Shown one piece after another: positions 31,500 to 41,544 of a DNA stretch of 64,000 nucleotides. A program made the position numbers and the translations under genes. This stretch comes from an uncultured delta proteobacterium (lineage in GTDB: Bacteria > Myxococcota_A > Polyangia > Polyangiales > Houyiibacteriaceae): assembly GCA_963699755.1 (NCBI GenBank), contig CAVOVB010000001.1:1152001-1216000 (forward strand), read 5' to 3'. A model generated the notes under the pieces. The model saw nothing but the letters and a program-made list of their open reading frames with translations, had not been told where the DNA came from and did no database searches. Numbering within the stretch: position 1 is the stretch's first letter; the number at the start of each line of letters is the position of its first letter.

Positions 31500-32482
31500 G
31501 GCAGCTTCGCTACCGAGAGGCGCTCCGAGAAGCGATGCTGGAGGAAATGGAGCGTGACGAGCGGATCTTCCTGATGGGCGAGGAAGTCGGTCACTACCAG
31601 GGCGCCTACAAGGTGTCGGAAGGCCTCCTCGAAAAGTTTGGAGAGCGGCGCGTCATCGATACGCCGATCGCGGAAGCAGGCTTCGCAGGAGTCGGCATCG
31701 GTGCGGCGATGGCAGGGCTCAGGCCGATCATCGAGTTCATGACCTGGAACTTTTCGTTCGTGGCTTTCGATCAGATCATCAGCAATGCGGCGAAGGTCCA
31801 TCAGATGAGCGCTGGCGCGATTCAGGTGCCGATCGTGTTTCGGGGTCCCAATGGCGCGGCCAAGCAGGTCGCGGCGCAGCACAGTCACAGTTGCGCGCCG
31901 TTCTACACGAACATCCCTGGACTCTACGTCATTCAACCGAGCACGCCGCGCGATGCGAAGGGTCTTCTCAAGAGCGCGATTCGGAGCAATAATCCTGTCA
32001 TCTTTCTCGAGGGCGAAACGCTGTATGGCGTCAAAGGCGAGGTTCCGGATGAAGGCGTGGAGGAGCTCACCCCAATTGGGGTGAGTCGTTTGGCCCGCCC
32101 GGGAACCGACTGCACGATCGTGACCTGGGGGCGCCCGTACTACACGGTCTTGGCCGCTTCGGAGAGGCTTGCCAGCGAAGGCATCGACTGCGAGGTAGTC
32201 GATCCACGCACCCTCCGGCCGCTCGATACCAGCCTGATGGTCGAGAGCGTGAAGAAGACCAATCGCTGTGTGGTGGTGCATGAGCACTGGCCTTATGGCG
32301 GGCCTGGAGCAGAGATCGTCGATCGCATTCAGCGTGAAGCCTTTGATTACCTCGACGCGCCGGTCGAGCGGGTGACCGGGCTCGACGTACCGATGCCCTA
32401 TGCGCTGAATCTAGAGGACAAGGTCCTTCCAACGGAGGAGCGGGTAATCGACGCGGTGAAGCGCGTCGCGTACGCGAGCTGA
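31496..32482 (+). CDS. pdhB: Pyruvate dehydrogenase E1 beta subunit
   Basis: MGEEVGHYQGAYKV, DTPIAE, EFMTWNF, AAQHS. Confidence 0.95.
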   Translation: MRQLRYREALREAMLEEMERDERIFLMGEEVGHYQGAYKVSEGLLEKFGERRVIDTPIAEAGFAGVGIGAAMAGLRPIIEFMTWNFSFVAFDQIISNAAKVHQMSAGAIQVPIVFRGPNGAAKQVAAQHSHSCAPFYTNIPGLYVIQPSTPRDAKGLLKSAIRSNNPVIFLEGETLYGVKGEVPDEGVEELTPIGVSRLARPGTDCTIVTWGRPYYTVLAASERLASEGIDCEVVDPRTLRPLDTSLMVESVKKTNRCVVVHEHWPYGGPGAEIVDRIQREAFDYLDAPVERVTGLDVPMPYALNLEDKVLPTEERVIDAVKRVAYAS

Positions 32483-32486
32483 GCAA

Positions 32487-33731
32487 ATGGCCAAGATCAT
32501 CGGACTCCCCAAGCTTTCGCCCACGATGGAAGAAGGCACCCTAGTCGCCTGGATCAAGAAGGAAGGTGAGGAAGTCGAGGTCGATGACCTGCTGGCTGAG
32601 GTGGAAACCGACAAGGCCACGATGGAGTTCCGATCGTTCGATCGTGGGGTCTTGTTGAAGATCTTGGTCCCGGAGGGCGAAACGCTGGCGCCGGATGTGC
32701 CGGTGGCGATTATCGGGAAGACCGGGGAGGATATCTCGGGGCTGATCGAGCAGGCTCGCTCTCTCTCAGGGTCAGCCCCAGTGTCAGCCCCAGTGTCAGC
32801 GCCGGTGTCAGCGCCGGCGCCAGTCTCAGCGCCAGCGTCAGCGCCCAGGACCGAGAGCGGATCTGCGGCCCCAAACGTCGGTCGCGTTCTGTCCTCTCCT
32901 CTCGTCCGACGTTTGGCTCGGGAGCAGAGCATCGATCTTCGGCTTGTCCGGGGGAGCGGGCCACAGGGGCGCATCGTGAAGCGGGACATCGAATCGTATG
33001 GTGGTGGCGCCGCGGAACCCTTCGTTCCCTCGGGCGAACGTTTACCGCCTCGCGTGGTGAAGGCCAGCAGCATGCGGCGGACGATTGCGCGGCGACTCAC
33101 GGAATCCAAGCAAACGATTCCGCACTACTACCTCACGATCGACACCGATATTGCGCCCCTTGCCGATGCGCGTCTGGCCATGAACGCCGAGCTCGAAGCC
33201 GCGGGGAAGAAGGTTTCGCTGAACGATCTCATCATCAAAGCAGCCGCGGTGGCCCTTCGGCGCGTTCCCGAAGTCAACGCATCCTGGATGGACAAGGAGA
33301 TTCACTACCATCAAGTGGTAGACATCTCGATTGCTGTTGCCATCGAAGACGGCCTGATGACTCCGGTGCTGCGCGACGCTGATCGAAAAGGCGTCGCCCA
33401 GATCGCCGACGAAGTCCGCGCCCTCGCCGAGCGCGCCAGAGACAAGAAACTCGAGCCTGAAGAGATGAGCAATGGAACCTTTTCGATTTCGAACTTGGGT
33501 ATGTTCGGCATCGAAGACTTCACAGCGGTCATCAACCCGCCCGAGGGCGCAATCCTTGCAGTCGGGACGATTCGCAACGAGCCTGTCGTCCAGGGCGATG
33601 CCATCATCCCGGGCCGTCGCATGCGCTTCACGATGAGCTGCGACCACCGAATCATCGACGGAGCCACAGGGGCAAGGTTCATGGAAGCGTTCAAGCGAAT
33701 CATCGAAGCACCGCTCAACATGCTCCTCTGA
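32487..33731 (+). CDS. pdhC: Dihydrolipoamide acetyltransferase E2 (single lipoyl domain)
   Basis: LSPTMEEG, ETDKA lipoyl site, SPLVRRLA E1/E3-binding domain, DHRIIDG. Confidence 0.95.
   Translation: MAKIIGLPKLSPTMEEGTLVAWIKKEGEEVEVDDLLAEVETDKATMEFRSFDRGVLLKILVPEGETLAPDVPVAIIGKTGEDISGLIEQARSLSGSAPVSAPVSAPVSAPAPVSAPASAPRTESGSAAPNVGRVLSSPLVRRLAREQSIDLRLVRGSGPQGRIVKRDIESYGGGAAEPFVPSGERLPPRVVKASSMRRTIARRLTESKQTIPHYYLTIDTDIAPLADARLAMNAELEAAGKKVSLNDLIIKAAAVALRRVPEVNASWMDKEIHYHQVVDISIAVAIEDGLMTPVLRDADRKGVAQIADEVRALAERARDKKLEPEEMSNGTFSISNLGMFGIEDFTAVINPPEGAILAVGTIRNEPVVQGDAIIPGRRMRFTMSCDHRIIDGATGARFMEAFKRIIEAPLNMLL
32772..32846 (+). repeat. 12-bp tandem repeat in the E2 linker (SAPV)n
   Basis: tcagccccagtg x2, tcagcgccggtg, then degenerate copies. 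Confidence 0.8.
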
Positions 33732-33863
33732 GCGACACCATACGATTGGAGAACGGCTCGCCTTGCATGGTCCGAGCTCCCCAGTGCATCCGACCACCTT
33801 TGCAAGGCGAGCCATTCGACGCAGCCCCGTGTCACGCTTTTTTCCGCGCCCCGGCTCGCGTTT

Positions 33864-35270
33864 CTAGCAGGAACCGTGGAAGCGTTTGGCATCTGCGGGG
33901 AAGATTTTCCCCGGGTTCAAAATGTGCTTTGGGTCGAAGACGTCTTTGATCTTCTCTTGGAGAGCGATCAGCGCCGGAGACTGCTCCATGGACAGATACG
34001 GCGCCTTCAGAACCCCGATTCCATGCTCGCCGCTCAGGGTGCCATGCAGGTCGATAGTGCGTCGAAAGAGTGCCTCGATCGCCTTGTCGACTCGGATCTT
34101 GTCGTCCGGATCATTCCAAAGAAAATTGACGTGTAGATTGCCGTCACCTGCATGGCCATAGGTTGGAACCACTAGCTCGTGTTGGTCGGCGAGCTCTGCG
34201 CAGTAGCGGAGGAGATCGGCCATCTTGGTGCGTGGCACGACGATGTCCTCCGAGAGCTTGTTCTTGGCGTGCCGCTTCAAGCTGTGACTGAGCTCACGGC
34301 GCGACGCCCAGAGGCGCTCACGTTCACTGCCGCTCTGTGCTACCAGAACCTCGAGCGCGTCCAGATCGAATAGGACGTTGCCCGTTCGTTCGAGCGCGCT
34401 TTCGAGCTCGGCCTCCGCGCCGTCGAGCTCGATGAGGAGCATCGCCTTCGTCTCGTTTGGGATCGTCAGGCCGGCTTCCGGTCGTACGATGCGGATCGCT
34501 TCTTCGTCGAGAAGCTCGATACAAGCTGGGAGCTGTCCCTGCGCCAGAAGTGCGGATACGACGGGTGCGATCTCATCAAGGCTCGAGAAGCAAGCCATGG
34601 CCGTGACGGTTGCCTCCGGCTTGGGGATCAGGCGTAGCGTCGCCTCAGTGACGATTCCGAGCGTGCCCTCGCTGCCGACCATGAGCGCGGTCAGGTCGTA
34701 GCCGGTCACGCCCTTCTTGGTCTCCCGACCCAGCTCGAGAATGGTTCCGTCGGCCATGACCACTTCCATCCCCATGACGTATTCGCGGGTCACGCCATAC
34801 TTGAAGGCGCGTGGTCCGCCGGCGTTGGCGGCGAGGTTGCCGCCAATGGCACAGGAGTCCCGGGAGTTCGGATCCGGTGGGTAGAAGAGCTGCTCCTCCT
34901 CGGTGACCCGCTTCAGCTCGCCAGTGATCAGGCCGGGCTGCACCCGGGTGGTCAGCTCGGCCTTGTCGATGCTACAGATCGCGTTCATCTTCTCGAACGC
35001 CAGCACGATTCCACCGGGAACCGGAATGGCGCCCCCGACGCGGCCCGTGCCGCCACCTCTTGGCGTGACCGGAATCTCATGCTCGTATGCGGCCTTCATG
35101 ACCGCCGAGACGTCCGCGGTGCTCGAGGCGCGTACGACCGCTTCCGGCATGCAAGGTTCGACCTCGCTTTCATCGTGCGCATAACCTTCGAGCATGCTCG
35201 GGTCACGGATGACTGAGCCGGTCCCGCAAGCGCGCTCTATCGCAATCAAAGCGCTATCGAGTGACGACAT
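33864..35270 (-). CDS. FAD-linked oxidase, GlcD/D-lactate dehydrogenase family
   Basis: PRGGGTG, YPPDP, GGNLAANAGG, GSEGTLG, GHAGDGNLH, GEHGIG, LNPGK. Confidence 0.9.
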   Translation of the reverse strand: MSSLDSALIAIERACGTGSVIRDPSMLEGYAHDESEVEPCMPEAVVRASSTADVSAVMKAAYEHEIPVTPRGGGTGRVGGAIPVPGGIVLAFEKMNAICSIDKAELTTRVQPGLITGELKRVTEEEQLFYPPDPNSRDSCAIGGNLAANAGGPRAFKYGVTREYVMGMEVVMADGTILELGRETKKGVTGYDLTALMVGSEGTLGIVTEATLRLIPKPEATVTAMACFSSLDEIAPVVSALLAQGQLPACIELLDEEAIRIVRPEAGLTIPNETKAMLLIELDGAEAELESALERTGNVLFDLDALEVLVAQSGSERERLWASRRELSHSLKRHAKNKLSEDIVVPRTKMADLLRYCAELADQHELVVPTYGHAGDGNLHVNFLWNDPDDKIRVDKAIEALFRRTIDLHGTLSGEHGIGVLKAPYLSMEQSPALIALQEKIKDVFDPKHILNPGKIFPADAKRFHGSC

Positions 35271-35404
35271 ACCACCAGCCTTTGGGGCGGTCGGCGCGGG
35301 CGGTCAAGGTCCCCACGGCTCTGGGGGATGCGACGCTTGGTCGAACGCGCTAGGCTCCTCCACAAGCAGCCGCGTGCGACGATTGCCGCGCCACTCCCTA
35401 GATC

Positions 35405-36412
35405 ATGCGATTCTTTGCTTACCTCATGCTTGCCGGCGCGGTCGCAGCTGGCTGTGATCCATCGGCCGCCTCTACGTTTCCCGGTGATGCCGGAAACGAT
35501 GGCTCGGTTGATCCGGATGGCGGCGTAGCTGGCATGGGCGGCGTTGGTGGCGTTGGTGGTGGCGGCGGTGGCGGCGGCATCGGTGGCGTGGGCGGCGTAG
35601 GTGGTGGCGGCATCGGTGGCGTGGGTGGCGGAGGCGGCCCCTGGTGCCGGAGGAGCGCGCTCTGTCCCAGCTGTCCGGATCTCGACGTCCTCTGTGATGC
35701 CCAAAACCCTTGTCCGACCGGTGAGGTTTGTCTTCCCACGGGTTGCGAAGACTTGTCGCGTTGTTTCCCCATAGGCGGTGGCGCTTGCGCAAACGACGGA
35801 GACTGCGGAAATCCTGCCTACTATTGCGAGCTGACGATCAACCGTTGCCTCCGTATCGAACCCGGTTGCGATGATTCCAACGATTGCGTCGCCGGATTCG
35901 CGTGCGAGAATGGCGCCTGTGCCGACCGCCGTGTTCCCTGCCGGTTCGGTGCCGACTGCCCCCATGGCTTCACCTGTCGCTATGTGGCAGCCGACCAGCG
36001 GTTCTGTCGCCGCATCACACGCCCTTGCGACGACGACCTCGACTGCCTCACGCTCGGTGTGCCTTGCGGGGACGCGGATGGCGACGGAGCTGGGGAATGT
36101 ATGCCCTCGCTCATGCCCAACGCGCCCAACCCCGTCTCCTGTGACACGCTCCAGTGCACTGCGGGAGATGGGCCAGTCTGCGAATCGAGCATGGAAGGGA
36201 CGGTGGCCTTCTGCGGTGAGTTCGGGCCCTGCGCCTCCGTGGACGATTGCGCCTTCGGGTTCGACTGCCGGGACCTTTGGGGTGACGGCCGCAAGGAGTG
36301 CGTCTTACCGGAGGGATCCTGCGTAGATTCGAGCGTCTGCGCGATCCGCGAGGTCTGCGCGTCCCCTCGAACCGACGCTCCGCCCGCCTGCCTTTCAGGT
36401 GCTGCGAGGTAG
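35405..36412 (+). CDS. Gly-rich, Cys-rich repeat lipoprotein
   Basis: Lipobox VAAGC; GGVGG linker; repeated C-x(2-3)-D-x-D-C..G..C units; DADGDG Ca-binding-like motif. Confidence 0.8.
   Translation: MRFFAYLMLAGAVAAGCDPSAASTFPGDAGNDGSVDPDGGVAGMGGVGGVGGGGGGGGIGGVGGVGGGGIGGVGGGGGPWCRRSALCPSCPDLDVLCDAQNPCPTGEVCLPTGCEDLSRCFPIGGGACANDGDCGNPAYYCELTINRCLRIEPGCDDSNDCVAGFACENGACADRRVPCRFGADCPHGFTCRYVAADQRFCRRITRPCDDDLDCLTLGVPCGDADGDGAGECMPSLMPNAPNPVSCDTLQCTAGDGPVCESSMEGTVAFCGEFGPCASVDDCAFGFDCRDLWGDGRKECVLPEGSCVDSSVCAIREVCASPRTDAPPACLSGAAR
35537..35638 (+). repeat. GGN-rich low-complexity repeat (GGVGG/GGIGG)
   Basis: ggcggcatcggtggcgtggg occurs twice within ggc/ggt runs. Confidence 0.7.
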
Positions 36413-36473
36413 CCCTTACGCGAGAGCTCGATATGCGGTAACGTGGTTTCCCCCGAATGTAAGCAATTTCACA

Positions 36474-38909
36474 ATGATGACCCCCACACAGACCGTCCGT
36501 TTTTCGACTCTTTGCGCGGCGCTCTTCGCGCTTGCGGCCTGCGGCGAGACCGAGAGCGCAGTCGACAGTGAGAACGCCGTCATCGATCCGCCGGCGCAGT
36601 GCGCCCCGGATCGTCCCGATTGTTCGATCAGCGTGGACCAGCCCGTGGCGAGCGACTTGAACGCCGAGAACTCGGCCGGCATTCGCTATTCGAATGAGAC
36701 GGGCTCACTGGTCATCGACCGAGTGACCTCGCTGCCTGATGCAGATGGCGACGGGGTTCCGGACGATGCGGACGATTGCCCCGGGACGCCGGACTGGATC
36801 AGTTGCGACGACGATCCCAGCAACGACGGGCTCTACCAGACGGCGTTCTATGACCCCAGCGGCGCAGACGAGGTCGTTCGGAGCTCTACGGTGAGTCTTG
36901 TCGCCGAGATTCCGAAAGTCGACATCTACTTCCTGATCGACGCAACGCCGACGCTCGCCGAAGAGATCGCCGAACTTCAGGCCGAGATTCTCAACATCAT
37001 CGGCGACATTCTCCTGAGCTTCCCGGACGCCCGGTTCGGACTTGGCCTCTATCGGGCGTACCCACTGGCCCCGCTTGCGGCGGCGTACAGCCAGGCGCCC
37101 TATCATCACATTCTCGACTTCACCGACGATGTGGCGCTGGTGGAGACCGCTGTCAGCACCCTGAACACGGTGCAGAACGGGAAGCAGGCTACAGCCGCAA
37201 CTCAGGCGCTCTACTCGGTGGCGTCAGGGCTCGGTCTCGCTGATACGGTTCCGAATCGCGGAGCCTGCCCGGACGCGCCCGTTGCCGATATCGGCTACCC
37301 CTGCTTTCGCGATGGCGCCTTGCACCTGGTCATGAACATCACCGACGCCGAGGTGTTCAATGGGCCGAGGCTCACGGACGGCTCTCAGTACGATGACGAG
37401 GGCTTTATGCCAGGGGATATCCCCGGCGCCGACACCCTGCCTCCGGTGGAGATGTTCCCCCAGCTTTTCGACGCCGACACGGCCGCGCTTGCCCTGGATC
37501 TCGGCGATCTCTCGAGCCGATCGCTGACCTTGATGGGCATGAGCACGCTTCTGAACGACCGAGTCAATACAGCGATGGCCCCCGGTTGCGACACGGTGTC
37601 CGGCATGCCGCCGGGCGCCGACATGGATGGCAAGGACGTCGTTCTCAAGCTGCGTTTCGACTCCATTTCGCTCGGCGAACAAATCACCGTGCGCGCCGAC
37701 AACACGCACTGGCCCGCCGCCAACGTCGCGGTCTTCGACGACGCGGCACTCGACCCAGCCATGGCGCTCGCCTGTGACGGGGGCACCGTCGGTGTCGGGC
37801 TCTGGGGCGAGGTCGTCTGGCCACCATCGGCATCTCTGCAGTACTACCTCGTCGCTGACGGCATCATTCCGGCTGCCGACCCGGGTCTCATGCCCGAAGG
37901 GGCGTTCAGCATCTCGATCCTCCGCAGCGGCGACCTACTCGGTAACCCTGCCTGGCTCACCTCGGCTGCGCCGGTGGCTTGGGCCGACGTCGAAGCCGTA
38001 CTCGGCTCGAGCAACATCCGCGTCGCCAGCGTGGTGACCTTGAGGGACGCGATGAGCATGACCAGCGCGGGTACCGCGGACGCGAGCGCGATCGCCTTGG
38101 CCACAGACGCCCGCACCCGATTCGGTGCTCCCTGGCTCACCGAGCTCACCTCGTCGATTGGCGAAGGCCTCGGTGCCGCGATCGGCAACACCATTGCCCT
38201 CGCAAAGGACGACTCGGTCTACGACATCTCGATGGTGGACCTCGACAACGACGCGACCGCCATCGACGAAACGGAGCTCATTGCGCAGATTGTACAGACG
38301 AGCTGCGCCGAGGGGCAAGCGCTTGGCTGCGCCTCCGGGACAGCGAACGAGTGCCGCAATTGTGAGCTTGGCGCCGCCGTGGAGTACCAGGTGCTCTTCT
38401 CCAACACGACGGTCGAGCCCACGAGCAGCTCTCAGGTCTTCGACTTCGAGATCGTCGTCTGGGCCGACGATGTCGTTGAGGTCGAGCGGATCCCGGTTCG
38501 CGTCATGGTGCCCGACGCGGCCGCCCACGTGTTCGATGACACGCCCGCCGCGGCCTTCTATCGCAACGCTTACGACAGCACCGAGCGCTGCGACACGCCG
38601 CCCGAGCGTCCAAGGTGGGGCGAGCTGCGTTGGGAGGGCAGCACGCCCTCGGATTCCAGCATCGAGTTCCAGATTCGGACCGCAGCGAGCCTCGGAGAGC
38701 TGCCGAGCGCGATCCCCCTCGTCATCTCGGCCAGCGGCAGCGCAGTGAGCGGCACGTTCAACGTCAGCGAAGAGCTGATCGCGGCCGGCCAGACATTCGG
38801 ATTGCCTTATATCCAAATCACGGCGGTTCTCAATCCATCGAACAGCCCGCCCACGACACCCACGCTGCTTGGATGGACCTTCGAGTTCATCTGCGAGCCT
38901 GCGGAATGA
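36474..38909 (+). CDS. Large acidic lipoprotein with TSP3-like repeat and CglB-like VWA domain
   Basis: Lipobox LAAC; DADGDGVPDDADDCP; VDIYFLIDATPT, RFGLGLY, GYPCFRDGA, ITDA; start moved to ATG 36474. Confidence 0.75.
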   Translation: MMTPTQTVRFSTLCAALFALAACGETESAVDSENAVIDPPAQCAPDRPDCSISVDQPVASDLNAENSAGIRYSNETGSLVIDRVTSLPDADGDGVPDDADDCPGTPDWISCDDDPSNDGLYQTAFYDPSGADEVVRSSTVSLVAEIPKVDIYFLIDATPTLAEEIAELQAEILNIIGDILLSFPDARFGLGLYRAYPLAPLAAAYSQAPYHHILDFTDDVALVETAVSTLNTVQNGKQATAATQALYSVASGLGLADTVPNRGACPDAPVADIGYPCFRDGALHLVMNITDAEVFNGPRLTDGSQYDDEGFMPGDIPGADTLPPVEMFPQLFDADTAALALDLGDLSSRSLTLMGMSTLLNDRVNTAMAPGCDTVSGMPPGADMDGKDVVLKLRFDSISLGEQITVRADNTHWPAANVAVFDDAALDPAMALACDGGTVGVGLWGEVVWPPSASLQYYLVADGIIPAADPGLMPEGAFSISILRSGDLLGNPAWLTSAAPVAWADVEAVLGSSNIRVASVVTLRDAMSMTSAGTADASAIALATDARTRFGAPWLTELTSSIGEGLGAAIGNTIALAKDDSVYDISMVDLDNDATAIDETELIAQIVQTSCAEGQALGCASGTANECRNCELGAAVEYQVLFSNTTVEPTSSSQVFDFEIVVWADDVVEVERIPVRVMVPDAAAHVFDDTPAAAFYRNAYDSTERCDTPPERPRWGELRWEGSTPSDSSIEFQIRTAASLGELPSAIPLVISASGSAVSGTFNVSEELIAAGQTFGLPYIQITAVLNPSNSPPTTPTLLGWTFEFICEPAE

Positions 38910-38935
38910 TCTGAGCCTGCTAGCATCGGAGCGGC

Positions 38936-39913
38936 GTGGCTGAAGCAGGGAGAAACCCAGGCCTCGCTGTCTGGGTCTGGGTGCCGATCGCCGCTCTAGC
39001 GGCGTTCGAGCTCGTGGCGCAACCGATGATTCGCGCGGCGACGCCTAGCGACCGCTCCTGGGAGGCGGCATCGGAGTACGTCCGGGCGCGCTACCGGTCT
39101 TCGGACCGTATCGTCGCGGCCCCGGCCTGGGCGGACCCCATCGTTCGCGCGCACCTAGGAGACCTTCTTTCCTTGCGCATGGCCGCTCCGCCCGACGCTG
39201 CCGGCATCGATCGTCTCTGGGAGCTCAGCATTCGCGGCGCCAGCAGTCGTGATGAGCCCGTCGATCTCGAAAAGGATTTCGATGGAGTGCGCGTGAGAAT
39301 GTGGTCTTTGCCGAGCCAGGAGCTCGTCTACGATTTCGTCGAAGAGATCGCGAGCGCCAAGGTGGAGCTTTTCGACGCGGATCAATCCAAGGCCTGCCCC
39401 TGGGTAGCGGCACGCCAGGCACCGGGAGGCCTCGAACGCGGGCCGATGACCCCCCGGGAACGCTTCGTCTGCGACGCCAGGCGCCCCTGGCTCTGGGTGG
39501 GTGCGACGGTTCTCTCGGACCTCGAGCTCCAACCGAGGCGTTGCATCTGGCAGCACCCCGCCGGCCCCGATCCGGTCCGCGTCACGTTCACCGACGCTCC
39601 GCTAGCCGATCGCCTCCTGGTCTATGGAGGTATCGACTACCAAGCGGAGCGCAAGCGCATTCACGTCCCGGTCACGCTGCGGGTTTGGATCGACGAGCGG
39701 CTCGCCACTGAGCTCGTCCACGAGGATGGCGACGGCTGGTCGGGAGTCGAAATCGACACCGGTGGGCTCGGCCTCGAGCGTGCCACCGTGCGCTTTGAAA
39801 CCACGGCAGACAATCCCGACGCCCGACTCTTCTGCTGGTCTGCCTCGAGCGTGAAGGGGCGAAGCCCCGTTGACGATGCGGAGCATCGGCCTTCCGGGGG
39901 GGCACCACGATGA
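38936..39913 (+). CDS. Hypothetical membrane-anchored protein
   Basis: N-terminal hydrophobic helix; beta-rich C-terminal region (CIWQHP...VTLRVWID...VRFETTA); ATGA-coupled to the glycosyltransferase. Confidence 0.65.
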   Translation: MAEAGRNPGLAVWVWVPIAALAAFELVAQPMIRAATPSDRSWEAASEYVRARYRSSDRIVAAPAWADPIVRAHLGDLLSLRMAAPPDAAGIDRLWELSIRGASSRDEPVDLEKDFDGVRVRMWSLPSQELVYDFVEEIASAKVELFDADQSKACPWVAARQAPGGLERGPMTPRERFVCDARRPWLWVGATVLSDLELQPRRCIWQHPAGPDPVRVTFTDAPLADRLLVYGGIDYQAERKRIHVPVTLRVWIDERLATELVHEDGDGWSGVEIDTGGLGLERATVRFETTADNPDARLFCWSASSVKGRSPVDDAEHRPSGGAPR

Positions 39914-41544
39914 GCGATGCCAGGGCCTTGAAGGGCTGGGATCATCTGATCGGGGCCGCCCTCTGCGTCGGGTCCCTGCTCCTCCTGGTCGCGACGGCGT
40001 CCGACTTGGCGATGTCTCGCGACGAGAGCTTCTACCTTCACGCCGCAAAGAACGCAGCCAGCTGGATCGAACAGGCTCTGAGCGATCCCTCATCGGCCTT
40101 CGAGCAGGAGCGCATCGACCAGGCCTGGCGGTACAACTGGGAGCATCCCGCCTGGATGAAGCTCGGGTTTGCTTGGAGTTGGTTGGCGCAGAAGCACCTG
40201 GGTCCGTTCTCGAACGAGTCGCTCGCCTTTCGCTTTCCGGGGATGCTCACCGCCGGCCTTTTGCTCTGGTTGATCTATGCCTGGGCCGCCTCGGTCATGC
40301 GCCGGGAGGGCGCCCTCTTCGCGGCCCTGGCGTTCGCTTGGATGCCACGGGTCTTTTATCACAGTCACCTTGCCTGCTTCGACGTCCCGATCGCGTTCTT
40401 CGTGACGCTCACGGCGTACACCTATTGGCGATCGCTGGCGGACTCCCGCTGGGTGCCATGGCTGGGTCTCTCCTTCGGCCTGGCGCTCGCGACGAAACAC
40501 AACAGCTGGATCTTGCCCGGAATCTTTCTGATCCATTTTATCTGGGTTCGGCGCGACCAAGCCCGATCTGGTCGAAGCGAGCGCGTTTCGATCGCCTGGC
40601 TCCCGTCGATGCTAGTCCTCGGTCCGCTGGTGATGATCGGAACCTGGCCGTGGCTCTGGCACGAGACCGGACGCCGGCTCCTCGCCTATGCGAGCTTTCA
40701 CCTTCGACACGTTCACTACACCTACCAATATCTGGGCACCAACTACTTCGAGCCGCCCCTTCCCGTTTCGGTACCGTTCGTCATGACGTTCTTCACCGTG
40801 CCCCTCACGGTGCTCGCGCTTTGCTCGTTTGGCCTCTACGAAAGGCGGGACGCGCTTCGGCCCCCTTGGATGACGAAAGCAGGCGCCCCGACGAACCGCA
40901 GGACCGAGGTGCTCTGGTTCGGCTGCATGCTTGCGCCTTTGCTGGTGATCGCGCTTCCGAGCTCTCCGATCTTCGGCGGCACCAAGCATTGGATCACCGC
41001 CTACCCGTTCTTGGCCCTCTTTGCCGGTTGGGGCTTGGTTGCCGTCGTCGAGAGAGCCGAGATTTCGGCCTGGATGGGGCGACGCTGGCCGACCTGGGCC
41101 TTTGCCGCGCTTTGCCTCTTGCCGGGTGCGGTACAGACCGCGCACAGCCATCCTTTTGGCCTGTCGCACTACACGCCGATCGCCGGGGGCGTGTCTGGCG
41201 CGGCTGACCTCGGAATGAATCGCCAATTCTGGGGTTTCACGACCGGAAGCTTAGCGAGCTGGATCAGGGAGAAGCTCCCATACGGCGGCTCGGTCTGGAC
41301 TTGCGACACAACCAGTGGGTCCTGGGCCATGATGCAACGGGACGGTTTGATTCCTCCGAACATTCGTGCGGCAAGCTCCATGGCCTCCGCGGATTTGGCC
41401 CTGGTTCACCACGAGCCGCATTTCGCCGAAGTCGACTATCAGGCATGGGTCGCCTTCGGGAGCGTGCAGCCCGTCTTCGTCCTGCGCTACGACGGTGTCC
41501 CGATCATCTCGGTGTACGAGAACCCAAGGAAAATCGGTCGCTAA
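39910..41544 (+). CDS. GT-C fold glycosyltransferase (GT39/PMT-ArnT-like)
   Basis: RDESFY acidic motif after TM1, EHPAWMK, FRFPG, ACFDVP, LALATKHN; many TMs. Confidence 0.82.
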   Translation: MSDARALKGWDHLIGAALCVGSLLLLVATASDLAMSRDESFYLHAAKNAASWIEQALSDPSSAFEQERIDQAWRYNWEHPAWMKLGFAWSWLAQKHLGPFSNESLAFRFPGMLTAGLLLWLIYAWAASVMRREGALFAALAFAWMPRVFYHSHLACFDVPIAFFVTLTAYTYWRSLADSRWVPWLGLSFGLALATKHNSWILPGIFLIHFIWVRRDQARSGRSERVSIAWLPSMLVLGPLVMIGTWPWLWHETGRRLLAYASFHLRHVHYTYQYLGTNYFEPPLPVSVPFVMTFFTVPLTVLALCSFGLYERRDALRPPWMTKAGAPTNRRTEVLWFGCMLAPLLVIALPSSPIFGGTKHWITAYPFLALFAGWGLVAVVERAEISAWMGRRWPTWAFAALCLLPGAVQTAHSHPFGLSHYTPIAGGVSGAADLGMNRQFWGFTTGSLASWIREKLPYGGSVWTCDTTSGSWAMMQRDGLIPPNIRAASSMASADLALVHHEPHFAEVDYQAWVAFGSVQPVFVLRYDGVPIISVYENPRKIGR

